Source: Perkinsus chesapeaki ATCC PRA-425
Taxonomy: Eukaryota > Protista > Perkinsozoa
Length of the DNA: 37,095 bases
Direction of reading: 5' to 3'
Assembly: GCA_013115145.1 (NCBI GenBank)
Contig: JAAPAO010000354.1
Coordinates: 1 to 37,095, forward strand
The notes beneath the pieces were generated by a model. That model did not search any database, was not told the DNA's origin, and saw only the letters and a program-made list of their open reading frames with translations. Both the position numbers and the translations under genes were made by a program. Shown here piece after piece: positions 1-12,227 of this stretch (positions are counted from its first letter, which is position 1; each line of letters opens with the position of its first letter).

Positions 1-26
1 TATCGTATGAAAACCAACTATTTCTC

Positions 27-217
27 AGGTACAATATACACTGTGGTTCGCAGATAATACAACCTCGATGACGGACCTTTTATTGAAGTGTCAGGGATGT
101 ATCGTTCACATTTTATTGTACGAGACTTCATGCCGCAAACTATCGCAGCTTTATAGAATGGATTATTTAAACAATATCCACCGTGAATCTTATGTTCACT
201 ATAGTGTCGCGTTGAAC
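27..217 (+). pseudogene. Degenerate exon of a tandem paralogous gene family, copy A
   Basis: Aligns by eye with 1153-1360. Both start at AG|GTACAATAT. Conserved + frame peptides: EVSGMYRSHFIVRDF and LYRMDY..HRE. In-frame TAA and a frameshift are present. Confidence 0.5.
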
Positions 218-763
218 GGTTAATAGTGATCTATCACTCTGCCCCGGATCCGGCACACTCGCTTCCAATAAGCTAGCTAATGTTCAACACATTATTCGAG
301 CTTCTGTTGGGCCCCTGGTGTCACCGGACAGGTGACATCGGGAGAGATAAAGTGGAGATACAGATCTCCGGTACAGAAGCGCCAATCGTTGAGCCATTAC
401 CACGAGGACGCGACCTACATGTATAATGAGTTTTTACCATATTTCATACCTGACAACCGTAAGTCGCACCCTTGGCAGTGTCAATTTGACACATCGTCGA
501 TAACGTAGCATAGTTAGCTCTCGCCGGAGAGTATAGTGAGAGCGAGGAACTGGCGAAAGGTTGGCTATGACCATCCGCGGCAGCGCACATTTTGTTGCAC
601 GACTGTACGCAGACTGCATACGATTTTACAACAGAAGACCAATAGAGTAATGTTGGCAAAATGGTGACTTCATTCGGAAGCTGAGTAGAAACTCTGGTCG
701 GTCCATACTGCTGCATGAACGCGCCAGAACGACCGCGCCTGTTTAGTCAAACACATTGACTCA

Positions 764-1360
764 ATGTCATTGAGTGACACAGAGGTGGGGAGCGGACAGT
801 CCTCTTGTCTTATTACTGGATTAGCGCAATTGCAGACGATGAATACCTTGAAACTATATCGCAATAACCTCGCTATGGCACCCGAGGGTGAGCCTCGCGA
901 GACCGTCGTGCATCGAGGCGTACTAGACTTGCTTTATGACTTGCCATGTCATGTGCCGTGATCGTCCCCCTCATAGCTCGCGGGACGGCCACATCACAGT
1001 GTGATGATCACACGTCGCACGCCGAAATATTGTTCAAGTACAACATTGCTTGAATATACCTCCCGTATAGTACCAATCATGAGGCAAACGGCTTGTTCCA
1101 TTGCTCTGGGCTCAAAGCAACCACCGCCGTGCAACGGCGGTGCCGGTTGATTAGGTACAATATATACTGTGGTTCGCATTGGTCTGAGATATTACAAACT
1201 CCGTGACGATCTTTCCCTTGAAGTGTCAGGAACATATTGCTCAACTTTCGTTGTACGAGACTTCGTGCGGCACAAATCGTGTCGCGAAGTATCGAGACTC
1301 TATAAGGTGGATTATTCAACTTGTTTTCACCGTGAATATTGACTTTTAGTGGTGTTGAAC
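764..1360 (+). pseudogene. Tandem paralog copy B with a probable upstream exon (MSLSDTE..RETVVHRGVLDLLYD)
   Basis: 1153-1360 encodes TIYTVVRIG..EVSGTYCSTFVVRDF..LYKVDY..HREY*, homologous to copy A, with synonymous differences (GGG/GGA, TTT/TTC). Function unknown. Linking 764-961 to this exon is inference. Confidence 0.4.
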
Positions 1361-1860
1361 ACACAGTGAACCCTGTGAGGTACACACGTGGCACAGGAGC
1401 CAGCCGCTTTGAGGGACGCATTACCAGTCATACACTGTTAATATCAGCTTGATAGGCAACTAACATAATTTCGAATATTTTTCTCAAGTCAAGAGCTCCT
1501 GCATGAGATAAACCGAGTAAAATAACCAGGAAAAGATGGCACCAAATAGTATGTCATGTTCAAATCGATCGGCGGTTTCGCGACTAGGAGTGCAAAAAAT
1601 CGTTGCCTACATACACATCAGAAGCGTGCCAAGCGTCACACGTCCGACAGCAGTCACTCATGTCACCTAAGACCGCGCGCCATGAAACTAAGCGGCCGCC
1701 CAACCCTCGATTTCCGGACAAGCCTCGCATGTAGGTCCACGGTCCAACACCAATGATCGTGGCAAAGAGATAGTGTAGTAGTGCAACGTAGTCGCTGCTA
1801 CGGTGCGTCGGTAGGAGCTATTACGTTGTCTCGTTTTGAAGTTCCTCTTCCTAATCGACT

Positions 1861-4371
1861 ATGGATAGCAAATCCACTATAACATCTATACGTTGGCTGC
1901 CACGATCGGCCATGAACAACGCTAATGTGGAGGCAGCTGAGTCTGCTAGGGACCAGAGGAAGAAGCTATTACAGGAGCAGTTAGGGAATAAACAGAACGA
2001 CAAAGGTAAAGGAAGGATAGGAAGGGACTGGAATGGGGTACATCTAGGCGACGAGGAGGATGATGCTACTAAAACCATAGAGGAAGAGTTCAATATGGAC
2101 GGCTACGATGAGGAGGTCGAGACCGATCGCTTCGCGAATCTATTCGTTGAGCTCGACCAGGTGATATTGGAAATCTTCACAGTGCGTATTTGACGTATCT
2201 CTGGCTGCAGGATGCTCGGCTTGCTCATGAGAAAGATCCTTATATGACTGGTGATGATGACTTTGGAAGTGATGCTGGTTCCGATGGTCCTGATGACTAC
2301 TACACTATAAAGGATACCGATCTTATGTTCGTGGCTGCCAACGCTGAGGATGATGCCTGCAGCTTGGAGGTCTACCTATACGATACTAAACAGGGCGGAA
2401 TGTAATAAAAAGGGGAGAGCGGTATGGTAATACTGTAATAGGTACGTGCATCATGATCTTCTATTAACATCCTATCCTCTCTGTACGGCTTGGCTTCCCA
2501 AAGTTGCCGGAGCTGCCGAGGGCTCTGAGTCCTTCATGGCCGTTGGTAGGCCGCAGTGCGCTCGTTAGTCTACATGGAGGAATTAGGTACATTTGACCAG
2601 TCCATTGATATATGGGATGTCTCGTTGATGGACTGCATGGAGCCGACAGCTACCTTAGGGGTATGTAAGGCTGAGATGAAGGGGAAGAACAAGAAGCGAA
2701 GGAATAAGAACAAGAAGGTGTATATTGGGGAACGAGGATGCTGCGGCCAATTGCATTTTCATAAGGGTTGCCCTGCTATTTCAGATTATCACTAGGAACG
2801 CCAATGGGATATCTCCACAGACTCACACTGGACCGGTGATGTGCTTGGATGTCAGCCGGGTAGCACCAACTGCATTGGCCAGTGGTAGCGCTGATGAGAC
2901 GGTCAAGGTGTGGGACCTGATGACCACTCAACCTGTCTGTAAGTGTACGCGCGAAGACCGAGGATGAGGATGATATTCACTTTAGGTACACTGGAGGAGG
3001 CTCATGGCGGTAAAGTTCAGTGTGTGTCCTGGAGCCTGGACCAAGATGCCATCCTAGCATCAGCAGCATATGACCGTACTGTAACCATCAGTGATATCAG
3101 AGCTGGCAAGGCAGCGGTAAAGGCATCCCTGCCTCAGGGGAGCGGCGATCCGGAATCGGTAGGTTAATTACGAATAGAGATGGACTAAGGGATCTCACTG
3201 TTTGCGAATCGCGCTGAGCTCTCCGTGGATCGGAGATATTCATCACGTTCCAGAAATTTGCCCTCTTTCGGAAACGACTGCAAATAATTTAAGTATATAT
3301 ATGAATATGATATCGCATACCTACATTATCGATACCTATATAATGGTATCTGTATATGCAGTATGATAAACTGTAGCCTCGGATGAATAGATAGAATAGC
3401 CTCTATTCGGTGGTATGATACCAGACTAATCAATATACATTATATCAGTCCATCTATGAGATTTGAGGAATAAGTATGATATCAATAGTCGTCACGGCCC
3501 GATGATCAGGAATAGCGTAGAATCCTTCACAGTGCGATTATCTTCAGATGATGTGGTTAAGAAGGAACCCTAGCCAGTTGCTTTTATCCACCGAGCTCGG
3601 TCACGTTATGTGTTTTGACTCTCGTAAGGGCTCCCTAGATAAGCCGGTTTGGTCGATGCAAGCCCACGATATTGCTTGTAAGAAAGCTGCGCATCGCTCC
3701 GCTAAGAATTCGTGATTCCAGGTACTTCCATGGCTGATACTGCTGTCACTGACTGCGGTATGCTATTGACCTGCGGTGTGGATGGCAATGCTAAGATATG
3801 GGACATGGGACGGGCTAGCTCCGCTCCGAAGCTGGTAGGCTTCGCGTTTGGGGAGCCCTGGATGGACATTAAATATCCAATAAGGGGTGCACTCTTGGAG
3901 CTTCTTGAGGCTCTAGGAACTTACTGTCGACAAGGATTACTATTATATCTCTGCGTGAAAATCACTTTCTTCACGGCTTTAAAGCACGCATGTCCTTGCA
4001 ACCCCTTATTGGGTCCCTTTCGTGCCGAAATGATGGGCACCTCCTCCTTTAGGTGTACCAGCGTAACCTAGGCGTTGGTCCGCTTTTCCAGTGCCAGAGC
4101 TCGGATGATGCCCCCAACTACTGTGTGTTCGCTGGCCAAGCACCAGTGCTGTGGGATGTTACTGATACTGGTAGGGCATAGGGAGCTCTTTCTGTGTTAC
4201 GATGGTATAGGTCTTATCTGTTCGGCATTCCCGAATCTTCCGGGTGCGCAGGATGAAGATGCGGGTAAGAGTGAGGTCCGTAGAGCTGCCCGAGATGAGG
4301 ATGATGAAGATGAAGCTGCTGCTGTTGGTGCGGAGGAGGAGGAAGAGGACATCACCATGGAGGAGGACTAG
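1861..4371 (+). CDS. PWP1: Periodic tryptophan protein 1 homolog (WD40, ribosome biogenesis), multi-exon
   Basis: Spliced peptides: acidic N-terminus, SLEVYLYD..YVHHDLLLTSYPLCTAWL, IDIWDV, HTGPVMCL..LASGSADETVKVWDL, HGGKVQCVSW..LASAAYDRTV, LLTCGVDGNAKIWD, VYQRNLGVGPLF. Long introns at 3159-3547 and 3835-4052. Confidence 0.9.
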
Positions 4372-4536
4372 TGCCACCAGAGCCTGCCTGGCCCCTACGT
4401 ATTTACCATCATCACTGTTGTATTTCCTACGTTGTATCCACACTGTTGGTTAATAGTCTCTCAACAGTAGTAGCTTAGTCAGGTGTTGAGCTGCAGTGGG
4501 GTATAATAGGGTAATGGCCTGGGGCAGTTTTACTCT

Positions 4537-5738
4537 ATGGGAGGGATATTCTCCCGACGACGGAGGTCTGAAGAGGAGGAGAGGACGGCAAAGAAGAAGG
4601 GCCGAACAGATGACAATGACAGGGCTATATTGGATTTGAAGGTCCAGAGGGATCAGCTGGAGATACATAGAAGGAAGCTGCGAGTCCAGGTTATAATGGG
4701 GGAGGGGGTGGAGTATGAAATGCAGCAACTATATATGGCTAGTCAGACCGAGTCTCTACTGGATCTGTTTTTTACTTAGTTCTGATATTTGACCCGATTA
4801 TCAATACTTCATTACTTACCAAAATGATAGATTAGAAATTTTATAACTATCCGATCAGACGGGGGATAATTATCCCTCTTGTCATTTTCAAATGGTGCTG
4901 CCTATTTATGTGTGGCTCTTACGGTACACCTAAGCGTTACGCGATAGTCTCCTGTAGTCCTGTGATCCTATTGTTATTACACTTGACTTTGAGAATCTCA
5001 TGCACTTTGGTTGACGAGTCACTCGGCTGTAGGTGAGCTTAGATGAGCAAGCGGCGAGGAAATGCGTCAGAGAGCGTAACAAGCAAGTGGCCCTTTTAGC
5101 ATTGAGGAAGAAGAAGCACCACGAGCAGCTCCTAGATGAGACCGAAGGCTATCTATCGAAGGTCGGTGTGCGTACGCGTGCAGCTAGCAGGTATCATATC
5201 GGCAGGTAGCAGAGTTGATAGGCTCGGTTGAGATGGCTCGCGTTCAAGCTGATGTTGTCTCGGCTTTGGCCGCGGGCACTAAGGCTTTGAAGGACATCCA
5301 AAAGGAAATTGGCGGTACTTAGCTTCAGCGGAAAATCATATGATAGCTTTCCTTTTTAGGTGTAGAGTACGTCGACCAGCTATTACAGGACAACGCCGAG
5401 GCTCAGGCAGAGATGGCGGAGATAAGCTCGGCTCTGTCTGGTGGGGAAATGAAGCTGGTGTACACTGGTGATGGTTGCTTGTAGGTGTTGGTGTGCCAGA
5501 GGATGATGAGGAGTGTTTGGCTGAACTGAATAGGATTAATGAGGAGTTAGCTGTTGACACTGAGCTACCATCAGCTCCTAAGACACCCTTGCCTGAAAAG
5601 GTAGTAGGGAGGCGTTGGAGTATCCGGATCTATATTGGATGTCAGGCGCCGGTTGTAGAGCAGCAGCAGGAGGAGCCGCAAGCAATGAGGAAGGAGGAGA
5701 AGCCATCATCAAGCAAAATAGCCCAGCCCGCTAGCTAA
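4537..5738 (+). CDS. VPS20: ESCRT-III Snf7-family subunit Vps20/CHMP6, multi-exon
   Basis: MGGIFS myristoylation-type start, DRAILDLKVQRDQL, ALLALRKKKHHEQLL, ALAAGTKALKDIQKEIGGVEYVDQLL, acidic C-terminus with LPSAPKTPLP. Confidence 0.88.
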
Positions 5739-5996
5739 TGAATCCTCGATATTTTTGCATTCTGTATTGTTTCTCTTTACCCTCCTCGGCTTTGTTCATC
5801 TGGATCCAATGGGAAATCGGGGGCATATGCCGCTCAGCTCTGACGGACGGACACTTGTTATGTGCTCAACTTATAAGGCACGTACTCACTTTCTATCCTG
5901 AGCCTCGTACAGAGGCTCTTTTCTGTTGGCGGCATTATCGTTTTCAGCCTTGTTGCTTGTCTTTCGGATCCTTAGCAGCAGCAGCAGTAGCCTAAT

Positions 5997-8900
5997 ATGG
6001 GAGTCCCTACATTCTTTCGTTGGCTCTGTACTCGGTATCCGAAGGTTATCAAAGATGCAGTAGAAAAGGCTTGTATTGAAGTGCCTGGAGAAGGCGGAGA
6101 TGGTGCCAGTAAGCAGCGGCAATCGACGGTGTGGTGCGGTGGTATGGGAATGGCAGATACGTATGACGTACCAGTTGACTTTGAAGAACCTAATCCTAAT
6201 GGGAAGGAGTTTGACAACTTGTATTTAGATCTCAATGGTAAGTAGAGGCACAGGTTCGAACCGCGGTGAGTGTATTTTAGGTATTATCCATCCTTGTTGT
6301 CATCCTGAGGATGGTATGACGCCGGAGAACGAAGACGTTATGTTCCTTAATATTATGCGATATGTCGATCGGTAATATGGGAATCAACGCATCCGCCCAC
6401 ATGTGTCCAAAGACCGGGCTGAAGTTCACTAAATTTTCCCGATTCGTTTGCATTCCTTAATGCCTCCGGAGCTGAGAACTGTGCAGCCCGCTATCCGAGC
6501 CAACTGTGGTGCCCTCACCTCCTACTGGAGATAGAGGCAGGCTTCATTTTCCGGCTTAAGCTCTTCACTTTGTTAAGTGCAACAAGGGTTCTCAAAGCTT
6601 GCATTCACCGGAAAGCTCATTTAATAGGGGGAGCACTTCCTCCTCATTTCTATTATGGCAACTAGACTTACTAGGACTGGAGGGTCTATGGTAGCCTTCC
6701 ACGGTGGATATACCTTGGGCCCGGTAAAATCTAGGGACTCTGGATTTTTACAGATTGGTCCGTATCGTACGTCCACGTAAATTACTGTACATCGCCATTG
6801 ATGGTGTTGCACCTCGAGCTAAGATGAATCAACAGAGAGCTAGACGCTTCAAGGCTGCACAGGAGGCCACAGAACAGGTAGGACAATAACAACAGACAGG
6901 CTAGGGTATTTGGGGAACAGATGAGAGAGGAAGAGAAGCTACGGAGACAGATGGTAAAGGAAGGTAGGGAGCCACCGAGTAAGAAAGGCGTCCCATGGGA
7001 CAGCAACGTCATTACACCTGGCACACCCTTCCTTGACAGAGTCGCCCAAATGCTACACTGGTAATAGGTGTCTGCTGGTGGTGTCTAGGTTATGCTGTTG
7101 GATAGGTATATCAGTGATAGGATGACGAATGATCCTCTGTGGCAGCTGTTGGGCTTCCGATGTATTCTCAGTGATGCTGGGTCACCTGGTGAGGGTGAAC
7201 ATAAGATTATGGACTTCATCAGAAAGCAGAGGATGATGGTAGTAGTAACAATTGTTTTAATATACGGAAATATATAATAGTTTAATAATAGCGATATCAT
7301 CTTCGTATTCAATTCCTTATAGTGAATAATATAATATTACTGAATATTTTCATGCTTACTACGCATCCACCAGCATACAACTTTCGTTCGACTGACGACA
7401 TTACGAGTTTCTTCTTTCCTACCACACTGTGGATGAACTCATTTGTAATACGATAATAAGAGTATTATTATGATAGTATCAGTGAGTAGATGCATATAAT
7501 ATTATTATATGCATCCACTCACTAGTTCAACGATATCTCACCACGATTTTCACAGTGTGAAATTCACACATAAAAGCGACCACGGAAAGCTGCCGTACGA
7601 GAGCTGTCTTGTAGATCAGTTGGGGTGGTAGGAAGTAATAGGTTTGGTGACTGTTGTTAGGAAGGATACAATCCCAACACAACCCACATGCTCTATGGTG
7701 CCGATGCAGATCTTATCATGCTTGGTCTTGCCACACATGAGATATCCTTTTACATCATTCGTGAGGTAGTAGCCTCCTACAGGCGAGCATTGAGGGATAA
7801 CGTTCGTTAGGTCGTATTGAAGCCAGAGGAAAGGAAATGCTATTTATGTGGCAAAGTGGGGCATCTGCCGTCAGAGTGTACTGGGGACGACCAACAGCCT
7901 GACCTGGGGGATGATTCAGAGGAGGATGAGAATATGCTGGAGATGAAGCCATTCCAGATAATCAGGTGCTATATTGGGATATACGACCATGCATTTTGGA
8001 ACCGCGCAATTTACGGAGACTGGGCGAGTGGGGGAAACATCAGAACGTTATACGTATAATTGTTAACTGTATAATAGTATCCTATATTGGCTTATATAAT
8101 TATATATTGGCTCTTATATTATTATATCTTAATATATAGTATAGTCTTATTATATATTAATATATAGTATAGTCTTATTATATCTTAATATATAGTATAG
8201 TCTTATTATATCTTAATATATAGTATAGTCTTATTATATCTTAATATATAGTATAGTCTTATTATATCTTAATATATNNNNNNNNNNNNNNNNNNNNNNN
8301 NNNNNNNNNNNNNNNNNNNNNNNNNNNNNNNNNNNNNNNNNNNNNNNNNNNNNNNNNNNNNNNNATATCTTAATATATAGTATAGTCTTATTATATCTTA
8401 ATATATAGTATAGTCTTATTATATCTTAATATATAGTATAGTCTTATCATATCTTAATTACAATTAGTCTATAATTGGCTTTATTGACGAAAAAACTTTT
8501 CCACACCGGTCATGCTGGTCGGGAAATATTTCACGTAACTAAGTTTATATAATCCACAGTATTCAATGCTTCTATGAAAGATAGGAATAGTATACAAAAT
8601 TTACTGTGGCTCCTGCCTGGGCCGGCCACCCATACGTTCGGCCTCACGGTAGTGTTCTCCTTGAAGATGATGATGGTTTCCGAACACGGAGCCTATGATA
8701 GGAATATATCCCTGTTTGACGGCGAGAAAGAAATGTGTTGCTCCCGAGAAAACTTGATGTTCTTGGATCGCTTCGTGTGCCCGGCTTTGCTTACCGTTCC
8801 TTGTCTCAGCTTACCTATTCTGAGGGAGTATCTTATAGAGCAGTTCACCACTGCCTTCTGTCCACCTAATCAGAAATGCATCCTCCCCTTCCCGTTCGAC

Positions 8901-11900
8901 ATCGAGAGGGTGATCGATGATTTCGTCTTCATGTGAGTGCTGCTGCTGCTGCCGATGTTGAGGAAATGACGTCGTATGCGTTCCGGCCAGGTGCTTCTTC
9001 GTCGGTAATGATTTCCTCCCTCATTTGCCATCACTTAGCATTCGTGATGGTTCTATTGACCAAATGATATGTCTTTATGTTGAGATCTTACCGACGTTGA
9101 CAGACTACCTCACTTGCCAGGGAGAAGTCAATCTAGTACAGGTAACGGAACGCCTATGCTGATCCTCTAGTCTACCGAAGAAAGCGACATCAGTTGCGAC
9201 TTCATTCACCGGGACTACAGCGCGGTGTTTATATAAAGCCAAGCCCCACATTGATCGTCTATCTGTATACCTTTCTGGAAGCTTGTGATATATCTCAGGC
9301 GGTATAAGAGGCAGAACTTCCGGATCATTGAACTCCAGACTATCGCTCCTTATCACGCAGAATAGCAAAATGCTGTTGAATCCCTTCAACTTAGTTTAGA
9401 TCATTGAACTCAAATAACTCACTTATCCACCATCATCCATAATGTTTCACTGAATGTATAAATTAATACCTTAGGGCGGGGTATATCTATCTATAATTTA
9501 TCAATAAATACAGGGTTATATATTTATAATTTATATATTATTATTAAAGATTATATTAGAATATCTTACCATATGTTTATTAATTAATAATTTATAATAT
9601 ATATAATAATATCCCTTTTTGTATATCAGGTAGAGGTGTTTCTAGACTACCTTGGTCGTGTGGAAGATGAAGTCTTCCGTCGTAGGCTTGCTCGAGATGA
9701 CAGGTATCTTCTGACGTAGTAGTTATCAGCTTCACTGTAATCCAGGTTTAAACAGCAGCGTCTTCAAGGACGGTATATCCACCAGAAGGGAGGTAGCTCC
9801 AATAGAACTAAGTAAGCTATACGCTTCAAGGGTCACTGTGAACTGGCGTTTTAGGCGACCATTGGAAGATGCTAACGTGCTTCAAGCTCGTAAGCTTCTG
9901 GCGGCTTTAGCTGATCCTGGCAGTGATACGGAGAAAGATAAGCCTAAGAGGGTAGGCGCTATCCGTACGTAGACACCTGGCACGATTAATCAGAGTGCGT
10001 ATTGTTATTATATTGTCTGCCGAAATCTTAAATTAAGTTATATCGGAATGGTGAACTTTCATAGGGGAAACTGCCGATGAAAGCTTCGACGAGAATACTG
10101 TAATGCTGGCAGCAGCTTAAAGCTGTTAGAGCTTCGCAACTTTGCACTACTTGCTATTCCGACTAGAATCCATTTGAAGATGTTACCACTTGCGAAGTGA
10201 AATTCCCAATGGTGTAGGAGTGGAGTGTGCATGTACGCCCTCCTCGTAGTGTGTTTGATTCATTCTCAAGGACGCTCTCTCGAGATGGTCTTAACTCGTA
10301 GGTTCCCGCTGAGCCTGCTGAACCTCCTACAGGGAAGCAAGGAAGGTAAATAATAATTGTTATATTTGGGGGTACGACAAGTTGATATGCAGGCACAGAA
10401 CGGTACTGGCGGAACAGGAGACGTCTTCGGCGGCGGTCTTCCCAGAAGGCGATGAGGACAACAAGGAGGAAAATTTGGACAGTGCGGAGGTAGGAGGTAT
10501 CCTAGGTTGAAGCTTGCATTTTGTGTGACAGGTTATCGAGTTCCAGGAGACTGTTCGGCAGCGTGTGAGAGATAAGCAGGATCTTGGTGAGAAGTACCCG
10601 GATAGGATTCGACTGGGTGAAGGTGGAGAGCATTCTTGGAAGCAGAGGTAGCAAAGAAGAGGATGCCCTCGCTGGGATTCGAACCTGCGCGGGTTAGGTA
10701 CTATACTGACAAGTTCCACGTGAGCCAGGAAGACTTCGCCGATTTCATTCCCCGAATAAGACGGGCCTACGTCGAAGGGATATGCTGGGTCCTTCAATAC
10801 TACTATCAGGTAGAGTCACTACTAACACTTCTCCTCCGTACAGAGCTGAGCTTTAGGGTGTCGTATCCTGGGACTGGTTTTACCCTTACCATTACGCGCC
10901 ATTTGCCACTGATCTGGTCGGCTGCTCTACACTCGAGTGCAATAAAGCCTCCTACTATACGAAGGGAAAGGTGATCGCTCACTTCCTTATTATATTGTAT
11001 TGTTACCTTCTCAGCCTTTCTTGCCGCTGCAGCAGCTCATGGCTGTCCTACCGCCGAGATCGGGGCCACCAGCAGACATACCTGTGGAGCTTCAAAGGCT
11101 AATGACCGATCCTAATTCCGGTAGCTGTCTCTGTTATGAAAGGGCTGGAGGATGCATTCGTATCAGGTATCATCGATTTCTATCCGGAAGATTTCGCCCT
11201 CGACCTGAACGGAAAGAAGTTCACTTGGCAAGCCGTCATTCTGCTGCCGTTTATCGTACAAGACCGTCTCATAGGAGCCTTGCAGCCGTTTATTGATAAA
11301 CTTGACGGAGAGCTCAAACGAAGAAATACACCACAGGAGCCTCGGCTATTTGTCCATATGAACGACACACTGGCGCCGCAGCTTCAGAAGGTTCACGATA
11401 CCAATCAGAGAGAGCCTCTAGCGGACCTTCCGTATACCGATCCTAACGGCCACGGATCGACGCTCTTCGGTGTGGCGGTACCCTACAGGATGGGAGGCAA
11501 GCAGGAATCTGTACCGACCGTGTTGGTACATGGCTTCCCGGTGAAGAATCCTAGAGTCATCTCCTCGGTACTGCTAGATCCGATAAAGCCCGATCCGGAG
11601 AGGCTTCATGAGTCCAAGCTCCTCCCTGGCATTCGGGAGCCGACGCCGGTCCTTAACGATGGGGATTTGAGCGAGACTGGCCGCCTTAGAGGTTTTGGTG
11701 GTGAGCCAGCTAAGAGGATGATCCTGCAGTGCTTGCAGAGGCTTGGCTTCGAGACGAGACAACAGCTTAGCTTTGGTAATGCTTCCCTCAGTGGCCCTCC
11801 GCCAGCATCAGGCAAGGGAGGAAAGGGCTATGGTAAAGGGCATTACAGTGGAGGCAAGGGTGGTGGATATTACTACCATAATGAAGGAAAAGGCTACGGT

Positions 11901-12101
11901 AAAGGGTACTCCTACAGTGAAGGTAAAGGAGGGTGGGGCAAAGGCTATCCTGGGAAGGGTATGGCAGGAGCACCTGCTGGATATGGCAAAGGCTTCATGG
12001 CTGGCTTTAGTGGAGGAGGAGGCTATATGAAGGGAGGATACGGTGGTAAAGGGAAGGGGTATGATGGATGGGGGAAGGGCGGCGGCTACAGCGGCTACTA
12101 G
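5997..12101 (+). CDS. XRN2: 5'-3' exoribonuclease 2 (Rat1/XRN2), multi-exon, with CCHC knuckle and GKG-rich tail
   Basis: [179 protein letters not shown]. Confidence 0.96.
8119..8457. repeat. 28-bp AT-rich minisatellite (TATAGTATAGTCTTATTATATCTTAATA)n in an XRN2 intron
   Basis: Units are directly visible on both sides of the N gap, inside intron 7966-8809. Confidence 0.95.
8278..8364. other. Assembly gap (87 N)
   Basis: Run of N inside the minisatellite. Confidence 0.99.
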
Positions 12102-12227
12102 TGTTACAGTTGATTCTCGTCGTTGTCGTTCATTTCACGTCAATTACCAGTAAGAACCTCTAGGGGCTGTTGCGTTGTTGGGGATGGCAGTGGTCTTGTG
12201 TGCAGTTGTCTCCCTCAGCCGTCTATC

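Noticed and set aside
1077-1421. 114-aa minus-strand ORF
   Set aside because: Comparison with the paralogous copy shows conservation and synonymous changes in the + strand frame, so this is a shadow ORF.
4811-4822. TTACTTACC resembling the U1 snRNA 5' end
   Set aside because: Only 8-9 nt match, with no U1 stem-loops or Sm site following.
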